A stretch of 64,000 bases of DNA, taken from the NCBI GenBank assembly GCA_950097015.1, contig CATNEN010000039.1:1240001-1304000 (forward strand). The letters are read 5' to 3'. Below, one piece after another: positions 50,390-63,357 of this stretch (positions are counted from its first letter, which is position 1; each line of letters opens with the position of its first letter). The notes under the pieces are model-generated. The model saw only the letters and a program-made list of their open reading frames with translations. It was not told where the DNA came from and did not search any database. The translations under genes were made by a program, and so were the position numbers. This stretch comes from Macrostomum hystrix. Lineage: Eukaryota; Animalia; Platyhelminthes.

Positions 50390-51700
50390 TCAAAACCAAT
50401 GTAAGTATTTCACAGCAGGGAATCGCATGCTCTTCTCAAGGACGCAATTGTCCCTAGGGCCACTCGGAGGGACCCACGGCACCTCCGCGCTGCAGCATGC
50501 AGCGCCTGACCAGCGAATCACCTTGGACAACCTTTTCTGGGATTCATTCCACTTTTCCAAGCCGCTACCGTCGGCTGGGGCGTCGAATTTGATGGCCGCG
50601 ATTTCCGAATTGACGAGGTTCGCATTGCCCAGCAGCTCCTCCTCGATGTCGTCCTCGATAGTCTCCACCTTTCGGGTGCGGATGACGTGGCGCCTCTGGC
50701 GGAATTGGTTCGCCTGCCGAATCAGGAGCTGCTCGTGGTCTTGGCCGAGGCTGCGCAGGATTTGAATTCGCTGACAGTTCGCGGCTTTCTCACTGCTCTC
50801 TGTGTACTGAACGCATCGATCTTTACCTGAAGAACCTCCACGAACCTTAAACTGATCCTCAAAGGTTCTATTCTTCAACTCTTTTCCACCTTTTTGTCGA
50901 GCAAAGTAGCTCCTAATGACCTCTAGGCTGCCGATGAGGTTCAAGGGTGGAGGCTAAGGACTGAGGTAGTCTAGCAGAAGTTCGTGCCGCATTGCCAGCC
51001 AGATGAGCTGCGAGCGCCTCTCAAAGCGGCTCACAGTATTGCTGAACTTGGCAATCAGCATGTTAAACATCACCAGGTTCACAATCAGCAGGAAGACTGC
51101 TATTACCTATCTGGAGAAGATCAGATCCCTAGCGGGAAACAGCAGCCTGCGGTAGTGTCCTCGCCATGCTGAGGCGAGCATTCGCCGAGCGAATCCAGCT
51201 TGGAACTCGCCAAACGCCATGAGTAGCAATCTGGTATCAATTTCAAATAGTGAGCCGATCGACAGTCAGGATGGCGTTGAAGGAGACACCGAAGGACAGG
51301 ATTAAAATGATCCACATGATGATTAAAGGCAGTAGATCGCGGACAAAAATATGCGGGATGATGACGACGTTAACGCCAATGGGGCGCGAGTAGCGGAGAA
51401 CCTTGAGAAACTTGGCACTGGCCAGTGACACGGACATGAGCACTTTGTGCACAAAATGCCAGTGGATGCTTGACTCGTCGCCAATCTTCGCAGCGTTTCG
51501 TCGTAAATGTCGCCCCACTGGCGATCACTGCATGCCTTTACAATGAAGGCAGAGAGCAGGAAGATAATGTTAAGCTGGTCGCACACATTCCAGAGGTCCA
51601 GAAAGTAGGATAAGTGTCCTTCTCCCGGCGTTGTGGCTCGAATGCGCCACTCGTGCAGTTCCTCGATTGTGAAGGAAAGCGTTGTGTCTCTTAGGCTGGC
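50390..51700 (-). pseudogene. TRPM-like channel pseudogene fragment (S2 to S6, TRP box, C-terminus)
   Basis: FTIEELHEW...YFLDLWNVCDQL; KFLKVLRYSRPIGVNVVII...DLLPLIIMWIILILSFGVSFNAIL; FLLIVNLVMFNMLIAKFSNT...LIW..MRHELLLDYLSP*PPPLNLI; these pieces lie in different frames and include in-frame stops. Confidence 0.8.
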
Positions 51701-51921
51701 TCCGGCCAGAGGGGTGGATCGGGTGGGGTAGGGGGGCCGCCCGGAGACACCCAGGTCGTCGACCCACGGGTAGCTAGGAACAAGGAGAGAGGCAGGGAGG
51801 GTCGCAGACGTTTCCGCAGACCGGGACGCAGGCGCGAGATTTCGCAGCCGAGGATTGTGAGGAGTGGTTTCCCCGCGGCACCCGGAAAATGAAGAAGGCG
51901 GTGACGACTCGGTCTTACCTG

Positions 51922-52088
51922 CGACTAATTACACAAACACCAGGACTAATTACACAAACACCAGGACTAATGACACAAACACCAGGACTAATGACACAAA
52001 CAACAGGACTAATGACACAAACACCAGGACTAATGACACAAACACCAGGACTAATGACACAAACACCAGGACTAATGACACAAACACC
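51922..52088. repeat. 21-bp minisatellite (ACAAACACCAGGACTAATGAC)
   Basis: Direct periodicity. Confidence 0.93.
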
Positions 52089-52540
52089 GGGGGCAGTGTG
52101 CCGTAGACGGAAGGTCATGTGTGCGGAGGATTTTCAAATGCTGCTCACATTGCAATGAGCAGACCGAGTGCCCAGTGACCGTGGTGTTCTGCAGTCCGGG
52201 CTGCTCAGCGCACAGATTTCCCGGCCTCATTTTTCTCCCTGTCTGCCCCGCCAACTCGATCAAAGAAGCCCGGTCCGGCTTAGCAACGCCCCAGCAACTG
52301 GGGATGCACCGAGGGGTGTGCGGGAGACGGAGGGACAGCGCCTCACTCATCCCATCTCCCCTTTTCCTCTTCCCTGCTCGCCCAGTGTGCTCGTTGGCCA
52401 CAGGATGTGAGGAGAGACACTTTCACATGCTCGACTCCTCTCAATTTTTCCTCTTAATTCTCCTTCGAAACCCGCACACAAGGTAGAGTACGGGAAAAAG
52501 ACAAATTTATCCCAATTTGAGTTCAACTGAGAGAGGCGAA

Positions 52541-53883
52541 ATGTCGAACGGTGAGCAGTGCTTGAATGCTTATGTGTTGCATATGCTTATCCGATATCAG
52601 TGTAAACTGTATAGTTGATTGATTTCCACCTTGTCTAGCAAACTTTCTAATTCAGTAGATACACTGCTAAACTTTTTCTAATTTTTCGGGAGAAAAACTC
52701 ATCAACAACAAATTTGCAGATATTGCAGAACATACGGAACTACGAGTACTTATGCTGATAGTCGTACAGCTGTTCGTGTCTAAACCAAGCGACTTGTCTA
52801 AAAAAATTGCAAGAACTAAACATAATCCTCAGTCTAGCTAAGTTGTACCTAAAGTCAGGATTTCAAACGCAATTCGCATTATATACTACTTTTCACCAAC
52901 TTCTAAAAGGTAGACACAGAGGTCTGTTAAGTAAAATTTGCGTATTCTATGAAATAAATATTCGCTTAAATAAAATTAACTTCTAGCTTCTAGCTTCACA
53001 CCTCAATAGGATTTTAGAATGCCTTATCAAACATATTGCTTCTCGGGAATCGAACCCCCGACCTTGAAGTCGTGAGTCCAACGCTCTAACCACTAGGCTA
53101 GAACCGCAACCCCTTGAACAGAGGACAGCTCTGCAGCAGATTGGCAGATGGTGGGCTCGGCCGAGGAGCTGTCTGCCACCAAGAGACGCCGCCTATTCAC
53201 CAAGGAGAAGGCAAACGACCTGGTGCTGGTGCACCACAGGGGCACGTTCTACGCCATGAATGCCTGGTGCCCGCATCAAAGTGAGTTGGGTCAGCTTTAT
53301 TCGCATTATTCATTCACTCATGTCATTACTTCCCCCTTCTCTCTGTGTGTTGTTTACGCTCGCTAACCTTCACTTCTCTTTCCTCTCCCTCGTCTCTGAT
53401 TGGCTAGCTGTTCGTCTCTCTTTCCTCACCCCCTCCTTTTCAGCCCTTACCCTCTGGCCCGTCTTTACACGTGTTACCCTCCTTATACATTGGTTGAGAT
53501 TTTCGGCCTGATTTTTGAATCGTTCAGTGCCGGAAAGACAGACTCACTGCGAAGACTAAATTTATTTTAAGACCACAACTCCAGCCAACCGATTCCTGGG
53601 CTTCCGTGCAGGCGGCCCGCTGTTCCACGGTGACATCGAAGAGTTCCGAGGCAAGTGCTCCATCGTCTGTCCTTGGCACGGCTATGCCATCTGTCTGCAG
53701 GACGGGTCCACCACCTACGGACTGGAGGTGGGTGCCACGGGTGAATTTCCTATCAGAACAAAGACTCGATCCATGTTGTTTGCATTTCAGCAACCAACGT
53801 ACGAGTGCAAAGTGACGGACGGCCAGCTGTTCATCAAGTGCCCGTTCGAGCTGTCATTGCAGCCAGTGCTGAAGCCGGCTTGA
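52541..53883 (+). CDS. RFESD: Rieske [2Fe-2S] domain protein (RFESD-like), 125 aa; exons 52541-52550, 53122-53280, 53612-53727, 53791-53883
   Basis: FYAMNAWCPHQ|SGPLFHGDIEEFRGKCSIVCPWHGY (CxH...CxxH); all junctions GT-AG and phase-consistent (1, 1, 0); AATAAA near 53971. Confidence 0.9.
53043..53105 (-). mobile_element. Isolated tRNA-like head of the CORE-like SINE, in RFESD intron 1
   Basis: Nearly identical to 32085-32146; A and B boxes present, no acceptor stem. Confidence 0.75.
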
Positions 53884-54121
53884 ACTCCGACTGAATGATT
53901 TATGATCTGCTGGATGTGACCCGCAAATACCTGATGGGCTTGTCGCAAGTTCAAGCTTTCACGGCTGAGAAATAAATCTTTTCATTTTAGAATGGACAGA
54001 AAATAATTTTAAGTAGTTTTGGCTTTTAAAACAACTCAAAGGCGATCTTGAAAGAATATAATTTATTGTTTGTCGCAGAAATTTTCAGAAAATAATGCAA
54101 ACAATGGCATTGCTTTCCCCA

Positions 54122-54236
54122 GTGGACCCGGGATCTGTCACCTGTTGGGAGATTGAGCCGACCCATTGGACCCGGGATCTGTCACCTGTTGGGAGATTGA
54201 GCCGACCCATTGGACCCGGGATTCACCACCTGTTGG
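54122..54236. repeat. 44-bp tandem repeat, about 2.5 copies
   Basis: TGGACCCGGGAT at 54123, 54167 and 54211. Confidence 0.9.
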
Positions 54237-54634
54237 AAGGCAGTTTAAGAAGCAACGTAATCAAATCCGATGTTTTGCAAACACGTCGTCTCGTCACGCC
54301 ACAACTCGAATCAGTTCGACTCCAGTTATTTTGGCTCCAAATTGTACTGATAAGAGTTTTTTGACACACAAGTCCGGTACAGGTAGAAAATTAGGAAACA
54401 GACAATTCTTGTATGGGACTTTTTTTTAAAGGGTGCAAAGTTTATTTGGATTTGATCAAACAATAATGTATTTTTTCATTAGGCATATTCGATTCTCCAC
54501 AAAAGTGCAAATCCAGAAAAGTTTCTGAGCAAAGTAAAAAAAACAGTAAATAACATTACACGCGCCATGCACTCTTATCAAATCTTAAAGTACATTTAAG
54601 CGCCATGCACTCTTAATAAACTTAAAAGTACATT

Positions 54635-57600
54635 TCAACAGTCGCCGGCCACTAGGCTGGCGTAGGGGAACGGCTGGTTGGCCGGGCGGGCCAGCTCCAA
54701 GGTGCAGACTCGCTCGTCGTCGCGGAAGACGCGGCTGGTGGGGCCGGCACCAGGGTCGGGCCGAATGACCGGCAGAGCCAGCAGGGCGCGGTCAGTCATG
54801 TCGCTGTAGACGATGGTGTCCACCGGCTTCACATGGACGAGGCCCAGCTGGACTGGCAGGTGCAGCAGCTTCTCGGATCGCTTCACCAGGCACTGCGATA
54901 CGAAATGATCGCTTCGGTGTTTGCCGAGACCGATAAGCAAAGACAGAAGACAGTGGACAGAAGGCAGAGGACAGAAGTTAGAGGACAGAAGGCAGAGGAC
55001 AGAAGGCAGAGGACAGAAGGCAGAGGACAGAAGGTAGAGGACAGAAGGCAGAGGACAGAAGGCAGAGGAAAGAAGGCAGAGGACAGAAGGTAGAGGACAG
55101 AAGGCTGAGGACAGAAGGTAGAGGACAGAAGGCAGAGGACAGAAGGCAGAGGACAGAAGGGAGAGGACAGAAGGCAGAGGACAGAAGGGAGAGGACAGAA
55201 GGGAGAGGACAGAAGGCAGAGGACAGAAGGCAGAGGACAGAAGGCAGAGGACAGAAGGCAGAGGACAGAAGGTAGAGGACAGAAGGTAGAGGACAGAAGG
55301 CAGAGGACAGAAGGCAGAGGACAGAAGGCAGACGACAGAAGGCAGAGGACAGAAGGCAGAGGACAGAAGGCAGAGGACAGAAGGGAGAGGACAGAAGGCA
55401 GAGGACAGAAGGGAGAGGACAGAAGGGAGAGGACAGAAGGCAGAGGACAGAAGGTAGAGGACAGAAGGCTGAGGACAGAAGGTAGAGGACAGAAGGCAGA
55501 GGACAGAAGGGAGAGGACAGAAGGCAGAGGACAGAAGGTAGAGGACAGAAGGTAGAGGACAGAAGGCAGAGGACAGAAGGCAGAGGACAGAAGGCAGAGG
55601 ACAGAAGGTAGAGGACAGAAGGCAGAGGACAGAAGGCAGAGGACAGAAGGTAGAGGACAGAAGGTAGAGGACAGAAGGCAGAGGACAGAAGGCAGAGGAC
55701 AGAAGGCAGAGGACAGAAGGTAGAGGACAGAAGGTAGAGGACAGAAGGTAAAGGACAGAAGGCAGAGGACAGAAGGTAGAGGACAGAAGGCAGAGGACAG
55801 AAGGCAGAGGACAGAAGGCAGAGGACAGAAGGCAGAGGACAGAAGGCAGAGGACAGAAGGCAGAGGACAGAAGGCAGAGGACAGAAGGCAGAGGACAGAA
55901 GCAGCAAGCTGAGTGAAAATTCCTCACCTGCTTGGCAATGTCGTAGCCCGCGCCAATCAGCTGCAGGCCGGTCAGAAAGAATCCCAGTCCTGCGGTCTCC
56001 TGCTGCTGCTGCTGTTGGTGGCCGTCCTTCGGCAGCACCCGCACCCTCAGGCGGACATTGTTGAGGTCGCGGAAGTTGTCCCTGGCAAACTGCTCGCACA
56101 GGGCGTCCAGCAAGCGCTGCGGATGCGCCAGGCGGCCCATCGGTAGCTCGCGGGGGCGACCGACTTCAGGCAGGCAGGCGGTCAGCAGCTCCAGCCGAGC
56201 TTCGGCATCATCCAGCCAGGACTTTGTCTGAGACGCTGTTGGCTTGGCCGCCGCAGCTGTTAAACTGTCGGCTAGGTGACGTAACTCCCGTCGGAAGCAG
56301 GCAGTCAGCGGGCTATCCGGCTGATTCTGCTGCTGCTGCTGCTGCAGTTGGCGCCGCCGACGCGGTGTCAAATCGTCGGTATCTTCAGCGACAATTCCAG
56401 CAGCCATTTCTGCTGCTTTCAAGAGGCGTTGAAGTCGTGCGGCCTCCTCGGTGGATTTCGACTGGATTTTCGAGAAATTCTCGTCGCTCTCCGCGCCGCT
56501 GCAGTAATGCTTACCGCGAGCCAGCAGGCAAAGCGCATTGTTCAACGCGCTGGAAGCTCGTGCTGCCTGACAGGCGCGCTGAGCGGAGCTTGCCAGAACG
56601 GGCGAATCGGCCAGCGACTCGGGCGTGAGGCGATCCGCCGGCAGCTGCCGGAAAAGATAGTCGGCCAGGAACTGCACCACGCGAGCGTCAGACAGTTGAC
56701 GGCAATGCCCGGCGTAGACGTCGCTGGCGAGCTGCGCAGCCGCCGTCGTGTCGGCCGGGGTTCTCTGCCGGCGCAGCCGCCTGTAGAGCTCCAGCAGCTG
56801 GGCAAGGTCCGTGTGGCGCCAGGCGTGCGCGCAGGTGAATCCGGCGGCACCGAACTGAGCGCGCCTGACCAGGGCAGCGTGCAGCGCCGCAGCTCGACGC
56901 GCGTCGGCGTCAGCATCGACGACGGCGGCGCGGTCTGCCAGGGCGAGGTGACGCGCGAACAGCTGCTGCGGAGCGTCGCCCGCGGTGGCCACCCCGGCTG
57001 CCGCTACCCGGGACCGGCGGCACAGCGCCGCAGGCAGTAGCCGTCCGGCCAGGCACTCGTCCACGCTGACAAAGAGGCGGAAGCCGCTGTGCACAGGCGC
57101 AGATGAAGATGATGGTGTCGGATGAAGCAGCCGGTCGGCCAGGCTTTCTAGGAAATCGGGGGGCCAGGCCAGTCCCGGAGCGACTAAGTCAAGGTGCAGC
57201 CATCCGCCATTGGTGGCGCAGTCGTTGAAGGCCTCGATTGCCATCTGCCAGTCGTGTGGAAGGCCGCCAACGTACGCGGTGCAGAGGCGGCGCGGGCGAA
57301 GCTCGGCGCGAAGCTGGTTGACCGCGGACTCCGGGCTGAGGAACATCGGTCGGTGGTCGGCAGGACGGATCAGCAGCAGCGGCTGGCGTGGGTCCGGGCT
57401 GGCGTCGTGAAGTCGGCGAATGCTGTAGGGCTGGCGAGACGGCTGCAGTGCGCCCAGCTCGTGATTGACAAGGGCCTGCGCCACGGATGAGAACTGCGGG
57501 AACGAGAGGTGAATATTGTGGCTTCTGGGGTGAATATTGTGGCTTCTGGGGTGAATATTGTGGCTTCTGGAGTGAATATTGAGGCTTCTGGAGTGAATAT

Positions 57601-60600
57601 TGTGGCTTCTGGCGCGAATGTTGTGGTTTCTGGTGTGGATGTTGTGGTTTCTGGTGTGGATGTTGTGGTTTCTGGTGTGGATGTTGTGGTTTCTGGTGTG
57701 GATGTTGTGGTTTCTGGTGTGGATGTTGTGGTTTCTGTTGTGGATGTTGTGGTTTCTGGTGTGGATGTTGTGGTTTCTGGTGTGGATGTTGTGGTTTCTG
57801 GTGTGGATGTTGTGGTTTCTGGTGTGGATGTTGTGGTTTCTAGTGTGGATGTTGTGGTTTCTGGTGTGGATGTTGTGGTTTCTGGTGTGGATGTTGTGGT
57901 TTCTGGTGTGGATGTTGTGGTTTCTGGTGTGGATGTTGTGGTCTCTGGTGTGGATGTTGTGGTTTCTGGTGTGGATGTTGTGGTTTCTGTTGTGGATGTT
58001 GTGGTTTCTGGTGTGGATGTTGTGGTTTCTAGTGTGGATGTTGTGGTTTCTGTTGTGGATGTTGTGGCTTCTGGCGCGAATGTTGTGGTTTCTGGTGTGG
58101 ATGTTGTGGTTTCTGTTGTGGATGTTGTGGTTTCTGGTGTGGATGTTGTGGTTTCTGGTGTGGATGTTGTGGTTTCTGTTGTGGATGTTGTGGTTTCTGG
58201 TGTGGATGTTGTGGTTTCTGTTGTGGATGTTGTGGTTTCTGTTGTGGATGTTGTGGTTTCTGTTGTGGATGTTGTGGTTTCTGGTGTGGATGTTGTGGTT
58301 TCTGGTGTGGATGTTGTGGTTTCTAGTGTGGATGTTGTGGTTTCTGTTGTGGATGTTGTGGCTTCTGGCGCGAATGTTGTGGTTTCTGGTGTGGATGTTG
58401 TGGTTTCTGGTGTGGATGTTGTGGTTTCTGGTGTGGATGTTGTGGTTTCTGGTGTGGATGTTGTGGTTTCTGGTGTGGATGTTGTGGTTTCTGGTGTGGA
58501 TGTTGTGGTTTCTGGTGTGGATGTTGTGGTTTCTAGTGTGGATGTTGTGAGTCCAAAGCAGACTTGGGCAACTCACAGCCTCCGGCTTGAGCAGTTTCCA
58601 CAGTAGGCACTTCTCAACTACGCTGAGCCTGTTGAGTCCGGGCGGACTGGCTGCCAGGACGATCGGCCTGCCGAGGTATTCCAGCCAGAGCTTCTCAAAT
58701 CGGCGAAGACTGTCCAGCAAGCCGAGGCATCCCTGTTTGGACATGCGGGCCAGGCTGGACCACGACTGGAGTGTCCAGGGCGGGTGGATTGCTGAGTTTA
58801 GGCCGATAAACATGCGATGTTTCAAAGTCTGCTTCTAATTACAATTTTTGCCTCGTAAGCCTCTGATTGGCTGGCGGAACATCGCTCAATTTCATCGCCA
58901 TCCGATCTTTTTTTCGGATTGGTCAGCATCCACCGCCTAACCCTAACCCTAGCCCTCAGAAGCCGCTAGTTGGCTTTTGACCCGACAGTATTATTCCGAC
59001 AGTTTTAATTGGTGCGCGACCCCACTACTAGTCTCAGACCTAGTTGATGCAATGCAATTCTACACAAGCAACAGAACAGAACCTTCTCCGGAATCCAGGC
59101 CGGCCTGTTGGTTTCGTCCGCGCCTTCAACAGCCGCCAGCTCCCTGCCGAGCAGCAAGGCGGCCTGATCCGGCCGGATCTGGCCGCGGGCCAGCAGCCGT
59201 TCCAGCGAAAAGGCCAGCATGAGAGCGTCAAAATCTGCCTCACCAAGTCGGCTGGCCAGCTCGGACAGTGTGGCTCGCAGGCAGGCGTCGGTTAGGTCCT
59301 TGACTTTGGCGGACAGCTGACTGCCGCCGCCGCCCTGTCGCTGGCGGAGGCCCTCGCGCACGCAGTCGGAGAGCTGGGCGAAGCCGAAGCTGTAGAGCGG
59401 CGACAGCCAGCGAACGGACTTGGCCGCCTTCCACAGCGGCAGGAGGGCGGCTCCGAAGGCGGAGAACTCGCCTAGCCGAACGAAGAGGCCCGCGGCCAGC
59501 TGAAGGGTCTCGGCCAGCTGCTCCTCGCACCTGCGTTAAGTAGGCAAGTCAGTAGGAGTTTCAGACGACCTTTCAAGTTACGAGCTTGTATATCCTATAA
59601 TTATTTCTTAATTTTCTCTACTGCAAGTAGCATTTTTTGCAGCCCTTACCGCTCCGTCTCCAGGTTGAGCCAGTCGAAAAACTCGCCAAGCCGGGCGTCT
59701 TCAATAAGCCGCTGCGATTGCGATGTTTTGCCAGTCGCGGAGGTCGGAGACGAGGCTTCGACAATGCGCGCGGCGGCCTGGTCTGCGAGGTCGGCAAGCC
59801 GGGCTGCCGCCTTGGCACGGTCGGCGCGCAGTGTGGCCAGCTGACCGCGCATTTCGGGCGCCTCCGCGTCGGCCGCCGCAGCCGAGAGGGCCGATGCCAG
59901 CTGACGCTCCGTCCAGCCGAGGTCGACATGGTGAAACCGCGCAAGCTCGAAGTCGGCGTCGCCTCCGTCCTCGGCATTGGCGGCTGCGGCTATTGTGGCC
60001 GATTCCTCCAGGAAGGCGGCGCCGGTGCAGATGACCAGACGAAAGCCTCGGTGTATGCGCCGACGCCTGCGCTGCCGTCCGCCTTGCTGCCAGCCGTCCA
60101 GCAGACTCAGCAAGGCTGGCGAGGCGCGGACCCGGCGACGCCGGCGGCGATCGAAGTTGATGAGCAGGACGGCGGCACCGCGACGTGCGGCATCCAGCAA
60201 TGCGGGCTCGAAATTCGGATCATCCGCGGACAGAACTAGCGGCTCGGCACCTGCTGAGTCACTAGCGTCAAGAGTTTCGTCACCGCTCAGCTCGTCATCG
60301 TTGAAGCTCTCGAAGCTTTCACGGGAAGCCTGGCCAGTGGCTAGCGGTTCCTGGAATCGAACCCTTGACGCTGTTGTAGATTCTTCTGGAAGCTTGGCCT
60401 GCTCAGGTTTTGGTGTCGACGCCTGCGGCGGGAAGACCAAATCTAGAAGACGACGCATCGGCAGGTCGCCGACGAACTCGCTGTGCAGGAGGCTCCAGCG
60501 CATTCCGCCGCCGCGGCCGAGTCTCAGACGGTGTTGCAGACGCGCCCGCAGCGCGGCCAGCACTTCAATGCAACGTCGCGCGTCCTCGTCATCGTTGTCG

Positions 60601-63357
60601 CCGAAGTCACCAAGTTCGGCGACCAGTCGGAAGCGCCAGTCCGACAGTCGGCCGGGACAGTCGGCCAGAAGCAGCTCGGCTGGGTCCGGCTTCGGCCGGC
60701 AGGGCAGACAGTCGGAGCAGCCGGACAGCAGGGAGAGGAGAAAGGCGCGGTACTCCGGAGCAGCGTCCGGCGGCAGGCTGACCTCGTAGGTGGCCACCGC
60801 CGCGGCCAGGAAGGCGTCGCCAAGAGCAGTGGTCGCACGCGACTGTCCGCGCTCGCGCTGCTCGCGCCACTCGCGCCAGCGCCGATCCAGACGCTGCATC
60901 AGCTGGCCGCCGCTCTCCAACTCCTCCTGAATGCGGGCGATGCGCTGTCGAAGCTGCCTGGCCGCCAGGCTGGCCTCGCGGTGCCGGGCGATGCCGTCGT
61001 TCAGCGCCTCCAGCTGCTTCTGGGCCTCCACTCGCATGCGGCCGAGCCGGGTTTGCTCTCGGCTCACGCGCTCCTCGGCCGCACGCAGGGCTCCGATGGC
61101 CGGGTTCAGGTCGCGCGACACCGCCGTGAACTGATGAACTGCGTCCAGCCAGTCGCGAACTCGGGCGGCAGCCTTGGAGGCGGTGGAGACGGCGGCTCGT
61201 GACATCTCCGGGCGAGCGAGCGCCGCGGTGAGTCGGTGAAACTTCGACTCCGGCATGCTGGCCTGGAAATGCCGGGACTAGAAAAGTTCACAAAACTCTT
61301 CACTGTATTATTTGGCTTGAAAAATGGTGAGTACCTTGTCATAGTAGAGCAGCATCTCCTGTAGGTCCTCCTTCATCATGAGCTCCTTGGCGGACTCCCA
61401 GGACTCGCTTTCGGCGTCGAAGAGCATACAGATGACTGACATGACGGCCTTGACTGGCTCTGGCGGGTCACGGTAGCTGCGCACCTCCTCCAGGTGCTGC
61501 GGCTGCAGGGACTCGGCCGCGCGGATGGCCGCCTCGTAGACCGGGTCAAGTCGCGCCTGGCCGGAGTCCTGGTTCTCTTTCTTCATCTTCTCCAGCGGCT
61601 CCAGCAGCTGCTTCACCTTGGCCTCCTGCTCCCGACAGGCGTCCAGCTGGGCTTTGTACTTTTCGCGCTGCTGCTGGATGGCCTGCGCCTGCTGCTCCAC
61701 GTCCCACAGTTGCGCCTCGAGCTGCGGGCGGGCGCGCTCCGCCTCTGAGCGCTGAGCGTCGATGGCGGCCCTCTCGGCTGCCACCGACTCCGCCAGCCGA
61801 CCTCCGGCCTGAGATGGTTGCGTCATACTTCTTAGTTAGTTTGAGTTGAACCTAAAAGGCAACCGAGGCTGCTTAACTCACCTCAAGCTCACGCAAAGCG
61901 GCCCTCCGCAGGTCGCCAGCCAGGCCGGTCATGAGCTGCAGGAACTCGCGGAACTCCAGCGGCGTCGCTTGAGTCGGCAGCAGCGGCGACTCCGGCGCCA
62001 GGCCGGCGTAGAGCCGACCCAGCAGCCGACCCGCCGTCAGGTGAGCCGCCGCGGCTGCTTGCGCAGTTGCAGCAACAGCTGGGCCTGGCACCAGCTTGGA
62101 ATCAGTTGATGCGCCGTCTAAGGCCCAAGACTCGAGCCAGTGGCGCGCCACGGCAGTGTACGTGTCCTGGCTCCAGTCAGAGTACCAGTCGATGCACTGG
62201 CAGCTGTGCAGCAGCTCCGGGTGGCGGCTGAGCACCGAGTGCAAGCTGCCGAGCTTTGAGTCTGCGAGTAGTTTGAGTGTGGAATCTTGCAAGATAAGAA
62301 AAACACAAACAGCTGATTGATTTCTTATCAATGAAGGGGCCAAGTGTCCAGCCGACAGCCAGCCGCAGCTATTGCGCGGCGTATCTGAAGGCTGTTTCAG
62401 CCCAAGTCCATGGGCTTGAATGGTTCAGTCCACGGACTGGTAGGACGCCAGACCATTTAACAGCTGGGTTAACTGAAGCAATGCAGATTTAAGTGTCCTG
62501 CTGAAGGACACAATCTTCTAGTGGTGTCAGGAATCGAACCCCAGCCTTCAAGTCGCGAGTCCGATGCTCTAACCTCCAGGCTACAACCCATTTTTGGCTA
62601 CCCAGCAATGCTAATCAGCCAGTTGGGCAGCTAACCCCTGAAGTTGAGGCTGAGCACGCATCTCAGGTTGGTCCTGACTGCCAGCTGGAAGCCGGGCTGG
62701 GCTGCAGCCGCAGCTGCCGCGGCGTCCAGGTCAGCAGCGAACAAGCCCGGGCAGGCGCCGTCGCGCATAAGTGCCGATACCGCTTCGAGGGCGTCGGGTC
62801 CACCGGCAGCGGCCAGCGCTGCAGAAGTTATGAACAGGCAGACCGGCTGCGTCTGGGACATCGCTGCGGCCTCTCTGTGGAGTTAAAAGTGCAAAGGAAT
62901 TGTAGGTAACAGGTAGGTACCGCAAATTCAGGTGCACAGATTTAGCGGGCCAGTTCGCACCTGAGCCGAGCCAGGAGGTCGCCTACGGCGGCCGAAGCCG
63001 CCAGGAAGCGGCACCGGCTGAGGCTGGCAGCCAGGCGGGTCAGGGCGGAGCGCCCGACGCCAGGCGAGGCGGAGGCGAGGATGGCGTGACCGCCGCCGCC
63101 TGTCTGGGCCAGACAGCGGGTCAGGCGGGCCAGGTGGCGCAGGCTGGACTCCAGTAGGACGACGTCCGGATCGACTGCGACTGCGTCGGCATCCGCATTG
63201 TCGTCAACGGCGGCTGCGTCGATTAGGCCCATCGCTGAGTCCGTTGCCAACTTCGGCCGGCTGGCCCTGCGGCGCTGACGACGTCGACTGCTGGCTGCTG
63301 ATGATGCAGCCGCCGCTGCAGCCACCGCCAGGTCAGCGGAGACGCACTCGGTGTAGA
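54635..63357 (-). CDS. Degenerate dynein heavy chain (DNHD1-like), 3' part; exons 63357-62961, 62874-62636, 62261-61882, 61808-61335, 61262-59650, 59530-59083, 58765-58577, 57493-55928, 54892-54635; continues beyond the window
   Basis: AAA4-like DVVLLESSLRHLARLTRCLAQ...GHAILASASPGVGRSALTRLAASL; CIDWYSDWSQD; stalk/MTBD LEEVRSYRDPPEPVKAVMSVICMLF...SWESAK...LLYYDK; LGDAFLAAAVATY; GGWLHL; C-terminal FLTGLQLIGAGYD; all junctions phase-consistent. Confidence 0.85.
54941..55901. repeat. 14-bp intronic minisatellite (GAGGACAGAAGGCA)
   Basis: Direct periodicity. Confidence 0.96.
57508..58549. repeat. 21-bp intronic minisatellite (TGTTGTGGTTTCTGGTGTGGA)
   Basis: Direct periodicity. Confidence 0.96.
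62345..62588 (-). mobile_element. CORE-like SINE copy in a dynein intron
   Basis: Colinear with 31885-32146 (head, CORE-like segment and 3' segment). Confidence 0.82.

Noticed and set aside
54562-54635. Two copies of a 39-bp unit next to the dynein stop codon
   Set aside because: Simple local duplication in the 3' UTR with no evident function
54635-58825. Single 1396-aa ORF with His/Asn and Cys/Leu repeats
   Set aside because: Three dynein exons joined by repeat-filled introns that have canonical splice sites
58937-58956. Telomeric repeat CTAACCCTAACCCTAGCCCT
   Set aside because: Only 2-3 units inside an intron; too short to interpret
59637-61202. Long plus-strand ORFs opposite the dynein gene
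   Set aside because: Antisense shadows of GC-rich coding sequence
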